Source: Eledone cirrhosa
Lineage: Eukaryota
Reading direction: 5' to 3'
Assembly (NCBI GenBank): GCA_964016885.1
Contig: OZ024746.1
Coordinates: 48,112,001 to 48,176,000, forward strand
Length of the DNA: 64,000 bases
Made by a program: the position numbers and the translations under genes. A model generated the notes under the pieces. The model saw only the letters and a list, made by a program, of their open reading frames with translations. It did no database searches and was not told the origin of the DNA. Below are positions 27,571 to 40,046 of the stretch, piece after piece. The first letter of the stretch is position 1, and every line of letters begins with the position of its first letter.

Positions 27571-30500
27571 TCATCATCATCATCATCATCAGGTTTAGCG
27601 TCCGTGTTCCACGCTTGCATGGGTTTGGACGGGGGTTTTCCCACTTGAGGCAAGAGTGGTTGTCTTGCTCGCATAGGACTGTCTGGCGGGTTTTCTACAG
27701 TTGGATGCCCTTCCTAACACCAACCACATTTACAGTGTGGGGCTGGGAGGTTTTTACCGTGTTGCCTACACGGCCACATTACAGCGTGGACTGTCTGGCG
27801 GGTTTTCTACAGCTGGATGCCCTTCCTAACACCAACCACATTTACAGTGTGGGGCTGGGAGGTTTTTACCGTGTTGCCTACACGGCCACATTTACAGCGT
27901 GGACTGTGTGTTTTTTGTCGTGACACCTACACGATCTCATTTGTTTCGGCCTGGATGTTGTGGGACCAACATAACTTTACATTGAAAGGGGCGGTGTGGG
28001 TGGGGTGGAGGGTGGTGGGACGGGGGTGTGTTTTGATAGAGATGCCTACTGACTGTAGTAGGTTTTTACTTTGTATTTAGGTAAGGCGGGTCTTCTCTAT
28101 TACTGAGTAAGGTCCAAAGGTCTCGGTCCAGTGACATTGTCTTGGAGAGGTGTAAGCGTGTGAGGTCGGAATTTATCAGCTCGTCCCATGTTTTTCTGGG
28201 TCTGCCTACTCCGTGGCTACCGTCTATCTTTATTGCCCTGCACTTTGTTATACAGCTGTCGTCTTTCATGCGCATCACGTGACCGTACCAACGTAGCCTT
28301 CTCTCGAGTAAACAACATCTGATCCCTCTTATTTCTAATTTTTTCCTTAGTTCGTTCATGCTTTGCCGTTCACGTATATTACTATTGCACATCCAGCGGA
28401 GCATGCAAGCTTCGTTCCTCTCTAGTCTGCGTATATTCTCTGCACACAATGCCCAGGTCTCACTGCCATGCAGCATTGCTGTTCGTATGCAGGCATCGTA
28501 TAACCTGCCTTTCATTTTTAGGGAGAACCCTCTAGCGGCTAATAGTGGTATAAGCTCTCTGAACTTTTTCCATCCAGTTCTGACTCTAGCTACTGTACTT
28601 TCAGAGCACCCTCCCCCACTGCTGATTTTGTCACCCAGATAACGGAAGCTGTCCACTATTTCTATAGAACCCTCTGCGCAGTTGAAGGAGCTAGTATTTT
28701 GTGGGCACTTGCTGCTACTTATTGCACCAGAGCACCGGCCACATGTAAAATCTATGTTCTTAGTTAGCTTACCTGTGATCCCACTACATCTTTTATGCAC
28801 CCATACTTTGCATTTGGGACATAAAATGGAGTTTCTACCTACGCCTTTCCTACACACTGAGCATGGCCATTTCCCCGATGGGACCGCCGCCTTATTTTCT
28901 TTCCTACAAACTAGAACTTTAGTCTTAGCCAGGTTAATTTTAAGGCCTTTTGATTCTAGGCCGTGCTTCCACGTTTGGAATTTCTTCTCTAGTTCGGTCA
29001 TTGATTCAGCTATGAGCGTTAGATCATCTGCGTATAGGAGTTCCCATGGGCAGCCGGTCTTGAACTCCTCTGTTATAGCCTGAAGGGCAATAATAAATAG
29101 TAGGGGGCTAAGAACAGAGCCCTGATGGACACCAACTTTTACGCTAAACTCTTCACTATATTCGTTGTTAATTCTAACCTTACTGACTGTTTCTTTATAC
29201 ATGGCTTGTATAGCTCTCACAAGCCATTCGTCAACACCTAGTTTTCTAAGAGACCACCAGATAATGGAACGGGGGACTCTGTCGAAGGCTTTCTCCAAGT
29301 CAACGAAAGCTAAGTATAGGGGTTTACTTTTAGCTAGGTACTTCTCCTGTAGTTGTCGTACAATGAAAAGAGCGTCTGTGGTACTTTTGCCTGACACAAA
29401 CCCGAACTGCATTTCATCTAGATCAATTCGCTCTCTGATTAGTTGCGCTATTACTTTTTCCGTGACCTTCATGACCTGGTCGATTAATTTAATGCCTCTA
29501 TAGTTACTCCTATCTAGGGCATCTCCTTTTCCCTTATAGCAGTTAACGATGATGCTGCTACGCCATTCCTTCGGAACAACCCCATTCTGTACGACTTGGT
29601 TAACTATCCGGGTGACCATGGTGTGTCCCACCGAACCAGATGCCTTCAGCATCTCAGCAACTATTTCCGAAGGCCCAGCCGCCTTACCCGTCTTCATATC
29701 TTTGATTGCCTTACTTATTATACTACCTTCAACTAACACTGCTGGTCCCTCTATTGGATCGATCTGGGGGAGACTGTCTTTCTCCCATTTGTTCTCCTCA
29801 TTTAGAAGCCTTTCGTAGTGACACTTCCAAGCTACCTTCTTATCAGCGTCGGTGATGGCAAGTATGCCATCATCGTTAAGTACACACTTCTCCCCGACAA
29901 TATCACGGTTTTCCTTGACACATTGCCTGGCAATCCTGAACACCTCACGTTTTTGGTCCTCACGTTGTAGAACATGCTTGAACTTTCTTTCCTCTGCTTC
30001 CCTTCTTGCGAAGTACACTTGTCTCCTAGCTTCCCTCCTGGCCACTTGATAGTCTTCTCTACTTCCCCCATCCCGCCATACTTTCCAAGCCTGCTTTTTG
30101 GCCTTAATTGACTCCTCCACCTTACTGTTCCACCACCATGTTACTCTCCTCCTACCTACAGGCCTGCTCCAGCCACAGACTTCGTCTGCCGCCGTCAGCA
30201 TGTTTGCTCTCAGGAATTCCCACTGTTCCTCTATATTATACGACTCTAATTGCTCTTCCTTACTGTCGAAAGCGTCAAGTAATATGCTTTGGAATTTATT
30301 TCTGGCTATGGGGTCCTTTAGCTTCCATATTTTTCTCCTGAGGATAGTCCTCTTCCGCTGTCTAGTACGTCTCGTCCTGACTATGAGGTCGCTAATTATC
30401 AGTCTATGTTGGGAGGTGAATTCTTCATGGGGGTGGGATTTAGTGTTAACAACAGACACTCTGTCACGTCTTCTGGTAAGGATATAATCTACCTGGCTTG

Positions 30501-31096
30501 TGTGTTCCCCCGATCTATAGGTGATCAAGTGATTGTCTCGTTTTTTGAAGTTAGTGTTACAGATAGTTAAGTTATTTGCGTCGCAGAATTCCAGGATTCT
30601 GGACCCTTCCTCATTTCTAGTACCGAACCCATAGCCTCCATGGATTCCGTCATAGCCGTCACAATGTTGTCCAACGTGACCATTTAGGTCGCCTGCAATA
30701 ACTATATAGTCACTGTCGGTTATTTGGGAGGTAGCGAGCATCAGTGTCTCGTAGAATTTGTCTTTTATAGCGCGGGGCAGTCCGGATTGGGGTGCGTACG
30801 CAGATATTACTGTCACCGTAGTTTTATTGAGGACAAGTCTTATTTTAATTATTCTGTCGTTCACTCTATTTACGTCTATTATCTTATCTGCCCACTTTTC
30901 TGCTACCATGATTCCTACCCCACCCAACCCATTGTCATTTCCCACCCAGAAAAGCTTATAGCATCGTTCTTTACCCACGATGAATCTAGCCGACCCTCCC
31001 CTCCACCTGGTCTCTTGAATACAACAAACATCGACCTCCTTACGTTCAAGCATTCCTACAACCTCGTTAGAGCGACCCTTTAAGGTACCTACATTC
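27571..31096 (-). mobile_element. RTE LINE family A, almost full length, nested in the PLE
   Basis: (CAT)n tail at 27571-27590; 3' UTR with a ~112-bp tandem duplication; 5' end truncated at the first endonuclease motif. Confidence 0.97.
28066..31096 (-). CDS. RTE ORF: APE endonuclease, reverse transcriptase and PHD-like zinc finger (~1010 aa open)
   Basis: NVGTL..IQETRW..SAYAPQ..GDLNGHVG..QVDYIL..QHRL; [36 protein letters not shown]. The native start is missing and the last codons are frameshifted. Confidence 0.9.
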
Positions 31097-31510
31097 ACAG
31101 ATATCAATATTAAAAATTAGACAACAGATATCAATATTAAAAATATAGTATGCCACGCATATCAGTCACATAAAACCACCCTTCCAATTTATTTGACAAT
31201 ATGTTGTCAAGTTCATTAGAAGCAATCAGAATCAAAAGCAAACAAAAACCAAAATTGTTCAACAAACCTTATTTAGCAGAAATCATTCAAAACTTATTCT
31301 ATAAATGCTCTTATATTTATTATAGAAGTTTATCTAGCTTAAAAATTTATTCAAAAGATTGGGAACATCGCCAATTTTAGGGTAGTTTAATTAATCTCAT
31401 TAATTATATATTCATGCAGAAAGGTTTTAAAAAAATTGAAGGAATCGAAAGATTTATCGCCAAGTTTCATAAAGAGTTAAATATCTTAAGTAAATATACT
31501 ACATTTTATA

Positions 31511-32405
31511 CTACATTTTAAATTTATATTTATATTTAAAAGTTGAGTTCAATCTATGTCTGCAGCAGCTGAATAAATTGGTTCGTAAATTAAGGGAATT
31601 TTTAGATTTTAGTATAAAGAATATCTCCTCCGCGCAGAGGTCACATGTCTCAGAAGAGGAAGTAAAAGGAATGCCTTTTGAGACTATATTCCAAACCATC
31701 GAATATCCAACTTTATCATGTTTAAGTTGCCAGAGTAAGCCTGATAGTGATGTTGAAGATTTTTTATTTGGATTCGTGAAAGAATTTTTGTGATTATTAT
31801 AGCAAAGTTTAAATTCTGTCGAGGTGGAACCAACATAATTAAAAGAATTTAAGTCAGTTTTAACATTACAGTTGTATATTATATTTTTAACTAAGCAATT
31901 GTTATTTAGCAGGCATTTAGATCTATCTCTACAGTTACAGTTGTTTACTTGAATATTGTTTAGGCTATTTTCGGTATTTTGGCTAGGTTTTAGATTCCTA
32001 TTATTTATTCTATTAATATTTTGTGCTAAATTTTTGGTGGACGAGTATGTTAATTTTATAGTATGTCTATTGAAAATTGAGTGATACTTATGTGTTCTAG
32101 GGAAGCGTTTGTCAAGAGCATTAAAAAATAGTTTAGCGATGTGGGTTTTAATGTTTAGTGAGAAGGGGGGGGGGGGGCAAACCATATTATATTTCTAGTT
32201 CTATTTCTTTTCTGGTTTTTGGAATTATTGTAGTGCTTTCTATTATAGTTGTTAAAGTTGTTACTGTAATAAAAATTGTTATTTTGGTTAGTTTGTCTAT
32301 TATCGATGTACATAATTTTATCACTATATCCTGCTCTAGCTAACGCTTCATTATAATACTGGGCTTTTTCATCAAAAATATTTTTATTGGAAGAGATTCT
32401 AGAGA
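31511..32405 (-). pseudogene. PLE ORF remnant: RT thumb, linker and C-terminal GIY-YIG endonuclease
   Basis: SRISSNKNIFDEKAQYYNEAL..GY, RNIIWF/PPFSLNIKT, CNCRDRSKCLLNNNCL, IIY..YVG, CDLC..CRH. Frameshift in the poly-G at ~32165-32177; the expected catalytic Arg appears as Cys (FKLCYNNH). Confidence 0.9.
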
Positions 32406-33099
32406 ATGTATGGTGGAATCTTTTGTAACGCAATGAAGATTTTCATGAAAAATAAGAATCTGCAGAGCATATCACGTAAGTTCACATGTGTGTCTATAAT
32501 TATCAACTTGAATTTGAGATAACCTTCTCTTTTCTCTTTTTTCTTTTTTCATGAGAATGCATATATACTTATGTTTGAAGTTTTGTCTCAGATTTTGCTT
32601 ATAGACCTAAGAATTTTTAAACTAAGCATGGGGTCATTTTTTTTTCACACATTATGGATATGTGTCTCATTCATGAATATTGATATTTACATTATAATAC
32701 CTAATTCATAAAGATTGATAATTCAAATGGATGAGACATAATATATTTTAAATATATCATCTTTCTTTCTTTTTCTCCTCTACACTGGACGTGATTTATC
32801 TGTCGGCTATTTTAACTGTATCCCTTCCCCCCTTAACCTCTCACTTGTACGAGGATCATCTGTCCCAAAGCTGCCTACTATTTTTCACTTCCTCAATATA
32901 TTTCTCTCTCCCATATCTCCTTCTCTCTCTATCTCGCTCTGTTGTTTCTCTTTACATACATCTCTTCATCTTCTTTTTATCTTCGTCTTTCTTTCTCTAT
33001 AACTGTCCTCAACAGTTTCACTACCAAATCAACTTTTTAAATGGAAGTTGCATTATTCTAAGGTATGTCAAAATTATTTATAAAACAGCTTATATATTG

Positions 33100-33165
33100 T
33101 ATTTTGTCTGAGGAAGGCATACCATATTTTTAATATGATATCCCAGAAATATATATAACGAAATA
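33100..33165 (+). ncRNA. Type I hammerhead ribozyme in the PLE pseudo-LTR (right arm)
   Basis: TATTTTGT-CTGAGGA-AGGCATACCATATT ttt AATATGATATCCCA-GAAA-TATATA-TA^ACGAAATA: 8-bp stem I, long stem II, palindromic stem III. Confidence 0.75.
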
Positions 33166-33316
33166 AATATGGTTTTATAAATATAGTTTCCATTTGTTTA
33201 ATATCGGAAACCTACTCCAAAAACTGTTGAGTGCTTTTATATCAGTTATAAAATATTTACTCGTTGTAACCCAACAATTTTAAATAAAACTTTTGCATAT
33301 ATACATATACATATAT

Positions 33317-33373
<57 letters not shown>

Positions 33374-33378
<5 letters not shown>

Positions 33379-34028
33379 GAACTAATGGAAAAATTAGAAA
33401 TAAGAGGGATTAGATGTTGTTTACTCGAGAGAAGATTACATTGGTACGGTCACGTGATGCGCATGAAAGACGACTGCTGTATAAAAAAGTGCAGGGCAAT
33501 AAAAATAGATGGTAGCCACGGAGTAGGCAGACCCAGAAAAACTGGGGACGACCTGATAAATTCCGACCTCACACACTTACACCTCTCCAAGACAATGTCA
33601 CTGGACCGAGATCTTTGGCGCTACACAGTAATACAGAAGACCCGCCCTACCTAAGTACAAAGTGAAACCTACTACAGTCAGTAGGCACCTCTAACAAAAA
33701 TACACCCCCGTCCCACTACTCCCACCCCATTCAATGTAAAGTTATGTTGGTATCACAACATCCAGTCCGAAACAAATGAGGTTGTGTAGGTGTCACGACA
33801 AAAAAACACACAGTCCACGCTGTAATGTGGCTGTGTAGGTAACACGGTAAAAACCTCCCAGTCCACACTGTAAACATGGTTGGTGTTAGGAAGGGCATCC
33901 AGCCGTAGAAAACCCGCCAGACAGTACTATGCGAGCAAGACAACCACTCTTGCCTCAAGTGGGAAAACTCCCGTCCAAACCCATGCAAGCGTGGAAGATG
34001 GACGTTAAACGATGATGATGATGATGAT
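33374..34028 (+). mobile_element. RTE family A 3' fragment
   Basis: ORF 33385-33654, 3' UTR and (GAT)n tail. Confidence 0.93.
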
Positions 34029-36261
34029 ATATATAGATATATACAGATTTATACATAAGCAAAACAGTATAATTTATTTCTACCATTTACATATGCTTCA
34101 TTGCCGTATAAGTTGTTTTTTTTTGTCTCGAAATCACTATCTCAAACTATAGATTTAGAATAGGTGGACGGGAGTACATCATCATTGTTGATCATCTTTT
34201 TCCTATCCCTGCCTGGGCCAAACAGGTGTCATGCTGTGAGATTAGGTCTGTGAGGTAACCACATTTAATTCATACATTTTTTTTTTTTTTTGTTGCATGC
34301 CTTGATGACCAGATACCCTTTCAAACCCCACATGAGCATTTTATCCAGGTAGAATGTGGGGTTGTCCAGTTTGGCACAGGTTGAATGTTGATGGGTAGGG
34401 ACATCAGTTTTTGTACGTTGGTATGGATTGGGTTGGGCTAAGAGGAGTGATGAAGGTGTCTATATGGGGGAGCTGCCTTTCTATATTGGAGGGGGTTGGA
34501 TGTGTAAGGGGGGGGGAGAGCTGTCATTACATGCTGGCTGTAGTTGTTGGATGTGTTCGGTGAGGATGGAGGAAGTGAGTGATGTAGGACTATAGTGGGG
34601 TACTTAGCTAATGTTAGGGTGAAGGGGGAGCATGTCCTTTCACCTTCTGGCTTAATCATGTAAAAGATAAATAAATAAACTAAGATAATTAATATTCTAG
34701 TAGAGATCTTAAAGTATTACTAAGAATTCATTGTTAAGTCACAGATCCTGGCAAGAAACAAATAAACTGCTATGCGATGTCAATGAAGTAGAATTATTTT
34801 CCTATTTGTGAAATATTATCTCAAACAAGCGCACAATGTGTTCGGGATGACATAGAGCAGAGTCCTTTTCATTTGTACACTTGAAAAGAGTTGTTCTAAT
34901 AATAAAATACCAAACCTTGTGATAGACATCAAATAATAGTCTCTAATATTCTGAACTGTTTAAATCCAATATAATTCCTTCATCAGATAAAATGACAACT
35001 TCTCAGCAATCAAATTATCATTTATTTTATCTTTTTCTTTTCTTTTTTTATGTGTGTGAGAGGTGTAGCTGTACAGAGGTGCAGTTAAATTGTTATTGAA
35101 ACTAGAACTTGTCTAACTAAAGATAACAGAAAGAAGAAATAAGCAGAAAAGGGAGAGAAAAAAAATGTAGGGAACAACATAGAAACACTATTCAAAAATA
35201 GACACCAATATCAAACTATTGTGTCCAAGAGTACATATGGTTACACAGATATTTAACTATGAACATCACAAGTAATCCAAAATACAACATGAATATAATA
35301 AAATAAGAAACTCAATAATCTACATGTCACAACCAGGCCTATTACGCAAAGATTTTTCAAGAGTGGTTTCCAAAATAAACCACTTTATTTAAAATTCATT
35401 TAGCCTCTAGTCTTCTCTGCAATGCTGCTTTCTGCGCAAGGCAGCTTTAATGCTTATTAATATAATTCTTATTGAGAAACACTCTTAAAAGCATTTCACA
35501 GAAAATCTATTTCTTTGGCATTAATCCCCCTTTTAGTTATTTTCATAAAATCTTTACTTTCAACTTATGTTGCACAAATATATTTGCCACCATTAAATGT
35601 CTTTTGAGAATTCACTACAGTTTTTCACCCAACTGATTCAATTGTTAAAAAATACACAAACTATGACTGAAATTGCAAGTGTTTATTATTATTCATACCA
35701 TTCCATTTTCAATTAATCAAATATTTTAAAATTATAAAAGCTAAAGGTGTATGAAATTTGGTATTTCAAACATAGAAACATTAGAACAATAGTCTGACAA
35801 AGTTTCTAACTAAATATGGTGCAATACTAAATTCCAATGAAAGAATCAAACCAACAAGCTACCAAGAGAGTCGTTATGGAGTCTCTGAAACTTGTAGAAA
35901 AAGCAACCAAATCTCCCTCAAATCATATCCAACCATTTCAAAAAAACAGAAGGATACATTGGATAACAAAGACAGGATGTTTACAGTTGGAATGCCTTTA
36001 ATCATAGTTCATAGTTTAGCTTAATGATAGTGACCTGGAGTTAAAGAACAACTATAAACCAACAGTATATGACTGGAACAAAAGTGGAATATTTAAATAA
36101 AAAGTTATGATAATGTATATGCTGGATTATACTACATTACACTTTATTACTGAAAGTCAACAAAGGATCATCTATGCAGTCACTCAGAGAAATAGCAGCC
36201 ACATCCGATCCAAAACATACCCTATCTTGAGAAAAGTTGGGGGGGGGGGGATACATTAAAT

Positions 36262-36448
36262 AATTGTTTCTACTTTAGGCACAAGGCCAGAAAATACCCA
36301 GTGCATTACTGGTACTTTATTTTATCGACCCCGTAAGGATGAAAGGCAAAGTCAACCTCGGCGGGATTTGAACTCAGATCGTAAAGTGACGTAACTATGC
36401 TGGAAAGCATGGCGTCCGACCCTCTACCGATACTGCCAATCCACCACC
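36262..36448 (-). mobile_element. tRNA-derived SINE
   Basis: Minus strand box A TGGCAGTATCGG, box B GAGTTCAAATCC, body ctttgcctttcatccttacggggtcgataaaataaagtaccag; copies at 56.4, 56.6 and 61.0 kb. Confidence 0.88.
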
Positions 36449-38297
36449 CATACATTAAATAATGTAGTCTTTCATCATATCTCTGTTTGAATAGAGAGGA
36501 CTTGAAACTAAATAAGAACAACAACAACTAAAAGGAAATATTTACAATATTTCAAAGCTAGCATTACTCACTAGTCCATTCAATAATACAATAGTAACAT
36601 TACTAATACAATAGTAACACTACTAATAGTAACATTAACAATACACTTTCAGGAGAAGGCTTTTGTGAAGTAGAACAAATATTGAAGAATGTACAGATTT
36701 CTTATGGAATTCTCCTAATGCCTTCTAGCACAACAGCTTAAACCCTTTTCATGTCTAAATGAGGGTATGAATTTTCATTATATTTGGCTGTAACTTGATT
36801 TCTTTTGTTTTACGAAGTTTTCAATTATTTGACAACTTGATAATAACTTTCCTAAAGTGAGATTCACTAAACTGAATAACTATAGTACACTGAGATTTTA
36901 CTGTTATCATCAGTGTAGAGAGGCAAATCTAGACTTATTACAATGATGTATGAGGGATGAAAGATATCTGAAAACATCTGAAAATATTAAATAGAACAGC
37001 GCGTGTAACAGGATCTGCTGGCAATGATTCATCACTACATTTCTTGAAATGCTGGCATACTAGAGCTGAAGCTGAAATACCTTCTGTATGAACATTTCTG
37101 CTTTCTTAATAGAATAACCCACTCAAAACTCTAAGAGGAATCATACTTATGTAACAGATACAAAGATAAATACTACAATCATTGCCTGAAATGATATATT
37201 AAATAACTACTGTCTATTTAAGCATTTTATCTTATGTATCTCTTTTTACTAATTAATCATACACATTTAAATTAACTGAAATTAAATTGATATAATCATG
37301 TAATTTTATAGTCTAAGATAACAGGTTTGAGGTAGTGCAAAAAATTCCATTACTTCAAAGTCTACCACAGATAGGGTTTTTTTTTTATTTGAGTTTTCAA
37401 GACCTACTTTAAATGAAAAATACTACATCCAATTAGGTGTATTCATGGAGACAAATTGCCGGGTGGGTAGTGGGTAGAGGGCATGATAATTTAATGGGCT
37501 ATCAAAATCATTTTTAAATGGTTGTAGCAAGACAAGCAATGTCTGTCGCTTTCAACAGTTGGCTATAAAAACAAAGCCTCTTCATACTGTTTCATATTAT
37601 TTTTTTTTTTTTTTAATTTCAATAGCTCCAAAGTGAGTTTTTGTCTTCTTGATAATCTGCATTAGTTGAAGTTCTTCCACTGACTATTATATATAACCAG
37701 CGTCTTATATAAGGCAATGTCACATATTTTGTAACTGCCTAATATCACCACACATTTATGAAAGAAAGAACCTTAGAGGAATCGCAGAAAAAAAACCTAT
37801 TTGGACTTGGTTGGCACTAAAAAAAACAAAAAGAGACTCTGTAAATTTGGCACAAAATGTGATATAGTAGACTTCTCTATAAATCTGTGAGTGAGAGGTT
37901 TTAAGTTTCAATAATGATTACACAGGCACAGATATGAAGATTACTACCTAATAGTGTTGAAACAGAGAGATGCCGCCAAGAGCTGCTGCTGAGAGGATAA
38001 TATTTCTTCTCGTTGGTATTTCTAATGAAGAAAATATTTTTCTCCTCAGTTTTCTGATGAGGTAAATTTAGAAATTGGATAATTGTGTCAGAGAGTGAGA
38101 GAGGGTGTAAGGGGGCTAGAGCAAGACAATGATTTATGATGTAGAGAAATCTAGATATAAAACAGGGTGAGAAGATAATCACAAGCAAATATATGAATGG
38201 TTTTAAATTTCCATTATATATATCATCATCAGCATCCTATGCTTGCTTTTTCATGCTTGCATGGATTAAATAAGGCTTTTGTAGCACAGCCTCTTCC

Positions 38298-38335
<38 letters not shown>

Positions 38336-38373
38336 TATGTGCGTGCGTGTGTGTGAGAGTGTGTATGTATGAG

Positions 38374-38612
38374 TGGAGGCAGCATGGCTGAATGGTTAAG
38401 AAGTTCACTTTGCAATCCTATGGCCCCTGGTTCAATCCCACTGCATGACATCTTAAGCAAGTGCCATTTACCATAATCTTAGATCAATCTAAGTATTGTG
38501 AATACAATTGAGTTGACAGACACTGTTTAGAGGCCCATCAGATGGACTGTATCTCTAATTGAAAAGACCAGCCTTGTCAAAAACTGTGTCATGCTGATCT
38601 CCTTGAGAATTA
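38374..38612 (+). mobile_element. Second tRNA-derived SINE family, diverged
   Basis: TGGCTGAATGGTTAAG (box A) and GGTTCAATCCC (box B); relics at ~59300-59435 and ~62290-62370. Confidence 0.65.
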
Positions 38613-38618
38613 CTTTAA

Positions 38619-38839
38619 CCCTTTAACATTTAAACCAGCTGTATCTGGCCAGAATTCTTTTGCCTTTTTCTGTTCAAACCAGCTGTAACTAGCCACTCAT
38701 ACTGATGTTAAGATATTGTTCTCAAAATAGATAACATCAAAATCTCATAGATTTGATATTATATGAGATATTTATGTGAGGTAAAGCCTTTACCACGAAA
38801 ATACAATAGTAAATATAGAGTAATGTAAATACTAATGGG
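38619..38839. mobile_element. piggyBac-type MITE (diverged, opposite orientation)
   Basis: TTAA|CCCTTTAACATTTA...TAAATACTAATGGG|TTAA; homologous to the 59.8 and 62.8 kb copies. Confidence 0.75.
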
Positions 38840-39110
38840 TTAAGGTACACATGTCTAGTCACATGAATGTTAATTCAGGTGCAAGCTGTTCCATTGTTTG
38901 AACTACTAGGACACTCATCATCAAAGCTTACAGAGTTTGATTCATTTCATTCATTAGAGAGAGAGAGAGAAAGAGAGACTGTGTGTGTGTATAATAGTGA
39001 TAATAAATGTTTAGTTAAGGATTCAATCAATATACAGAGTTCAGTGTATCTAGTTTGGTTTAAATTTCATATGATGAATATACATGTTATACCAAAAACC
39101 TATACAAACA

Positions 39111-39147
<37 letters not shown>

Positions 39148-39150
<3 letters not shown>

Positions 39151-40031
39151 GGTGTGGACGATATTTGTTCGCAATTTTCAACTGCTAATTTTATGCAAAT
39201 TTTTTTTACTTCCGACACTTATGACACTTGTCTTCATAAAAACTGACTATATTTCCATTATTTATTTTCAGAATAATTGATTATGAATAATTTTGAACCT
39301 ACAAATTTGTGGAAGAGACAGGGAGTTCTTGGAATCTGCACCGGCAGGACAAATAAGGAAATTTCAGACTTTCTCAGCATCAGCAGGAGAATGGTGGAAA
39401 AGGTCAGAAAGGAATTGGAAGATTCAGGATTCGACTACGAAGCAACATCAGAGAGGAAAACACATGATCGACGATCTAACGCCTTCTGAACGCCCAAGTT
39501 CGTCGCTGAAGTTCAGGATATCATCAACAATGAACCTAGCAAGTCGATGCGTGCCATTGCAAGGGAGAAAGGCATGGATGAAAAGCTCATTAGGCTGGTG
39601 GTACATGAAGACATTCGCTACGTTTCATACAAGATGAGGAAAGGACAATTTCTGTCAAAGGCGATGCAAGAAAAGCGACTGAAGCACGCAAAGAAGCTGA
39701 TCAACAAGTTGAAACACCCACTGGAGCCAGACAGGCTGTGGTTTTTCTCCAACGAGAAAAACTTCTGCAAAGACCAGAAGATCAACTCACAGAACAACAG
39801 TAGGCCAGGATCACAAGTGCCTTTAAGTTACAGTGACGAAGGCCTGTAGCTGGTTCCGAGGCCGCCTTTAGGCTGTCATCAAAGCCAATGGCGGGTTTAT
39901 CGAGTGAGATCGAAAGAACAAGTCATGAAGACAAACTGACCCAAGTTTGATAAATATATCTTAAAAAATAAAACTACTGTGTTATTTTTTCATAGACAGT
40001 AATCTTGCAAGCAAATATCGTCCGCACCGTG
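39148..40031 (+). mobile_element. Tc1/mariner-superfamily DNA transposon (maT/DD37D-like), internally deleted
   Basis: TIRs CAGGGTGTGGACGATATTTGTTCGCAA / TTGCAAGCAAATATCGTCCGCACCGTG with TA flanks. Transposase pieces: HTH region, MRAIAREKG, WFFSNEKNF, and C-terminal ACSWFRGRL*AVIKANGGFIE; most of the catalytic domain is absent. Confidence 0.9.
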
Positions 40032-40046
40032 TATATATATATATAT

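Larger units (their letters stand above)
26648..33206 (-). mobile_element. 5'-truncated Penelope-like element bounded by ~800-bp inverted pseudo-LTRs and interrupted by an RTE LINE
   Basis: 26648-27456 and 32406-33206 are near-identical inverted repeats, each with a hammerhead; PLE coding remnant at 31511-32405. Confidence 0.88.

Noticed and set aside
31511-32185. Selenoprotein-encoding Naiad-type PLE
   Set aside because: The endonuclease is C-terminal to the RT thumb, and the frame is open with no in-frame TGA at cysteine positions.
36945-37105. Protein-like minus-strand reading (RNVHTEG...)
   Set aside because: In-frame stop immediately upstream, no consistent splice sites and no recognisable homology.
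37617-37740. Possible terminal exon on the minus strand (AVTKYV...WSY*)
   Set aside because: Weak acceptor and no similarity to NCX or any protein I recognise.
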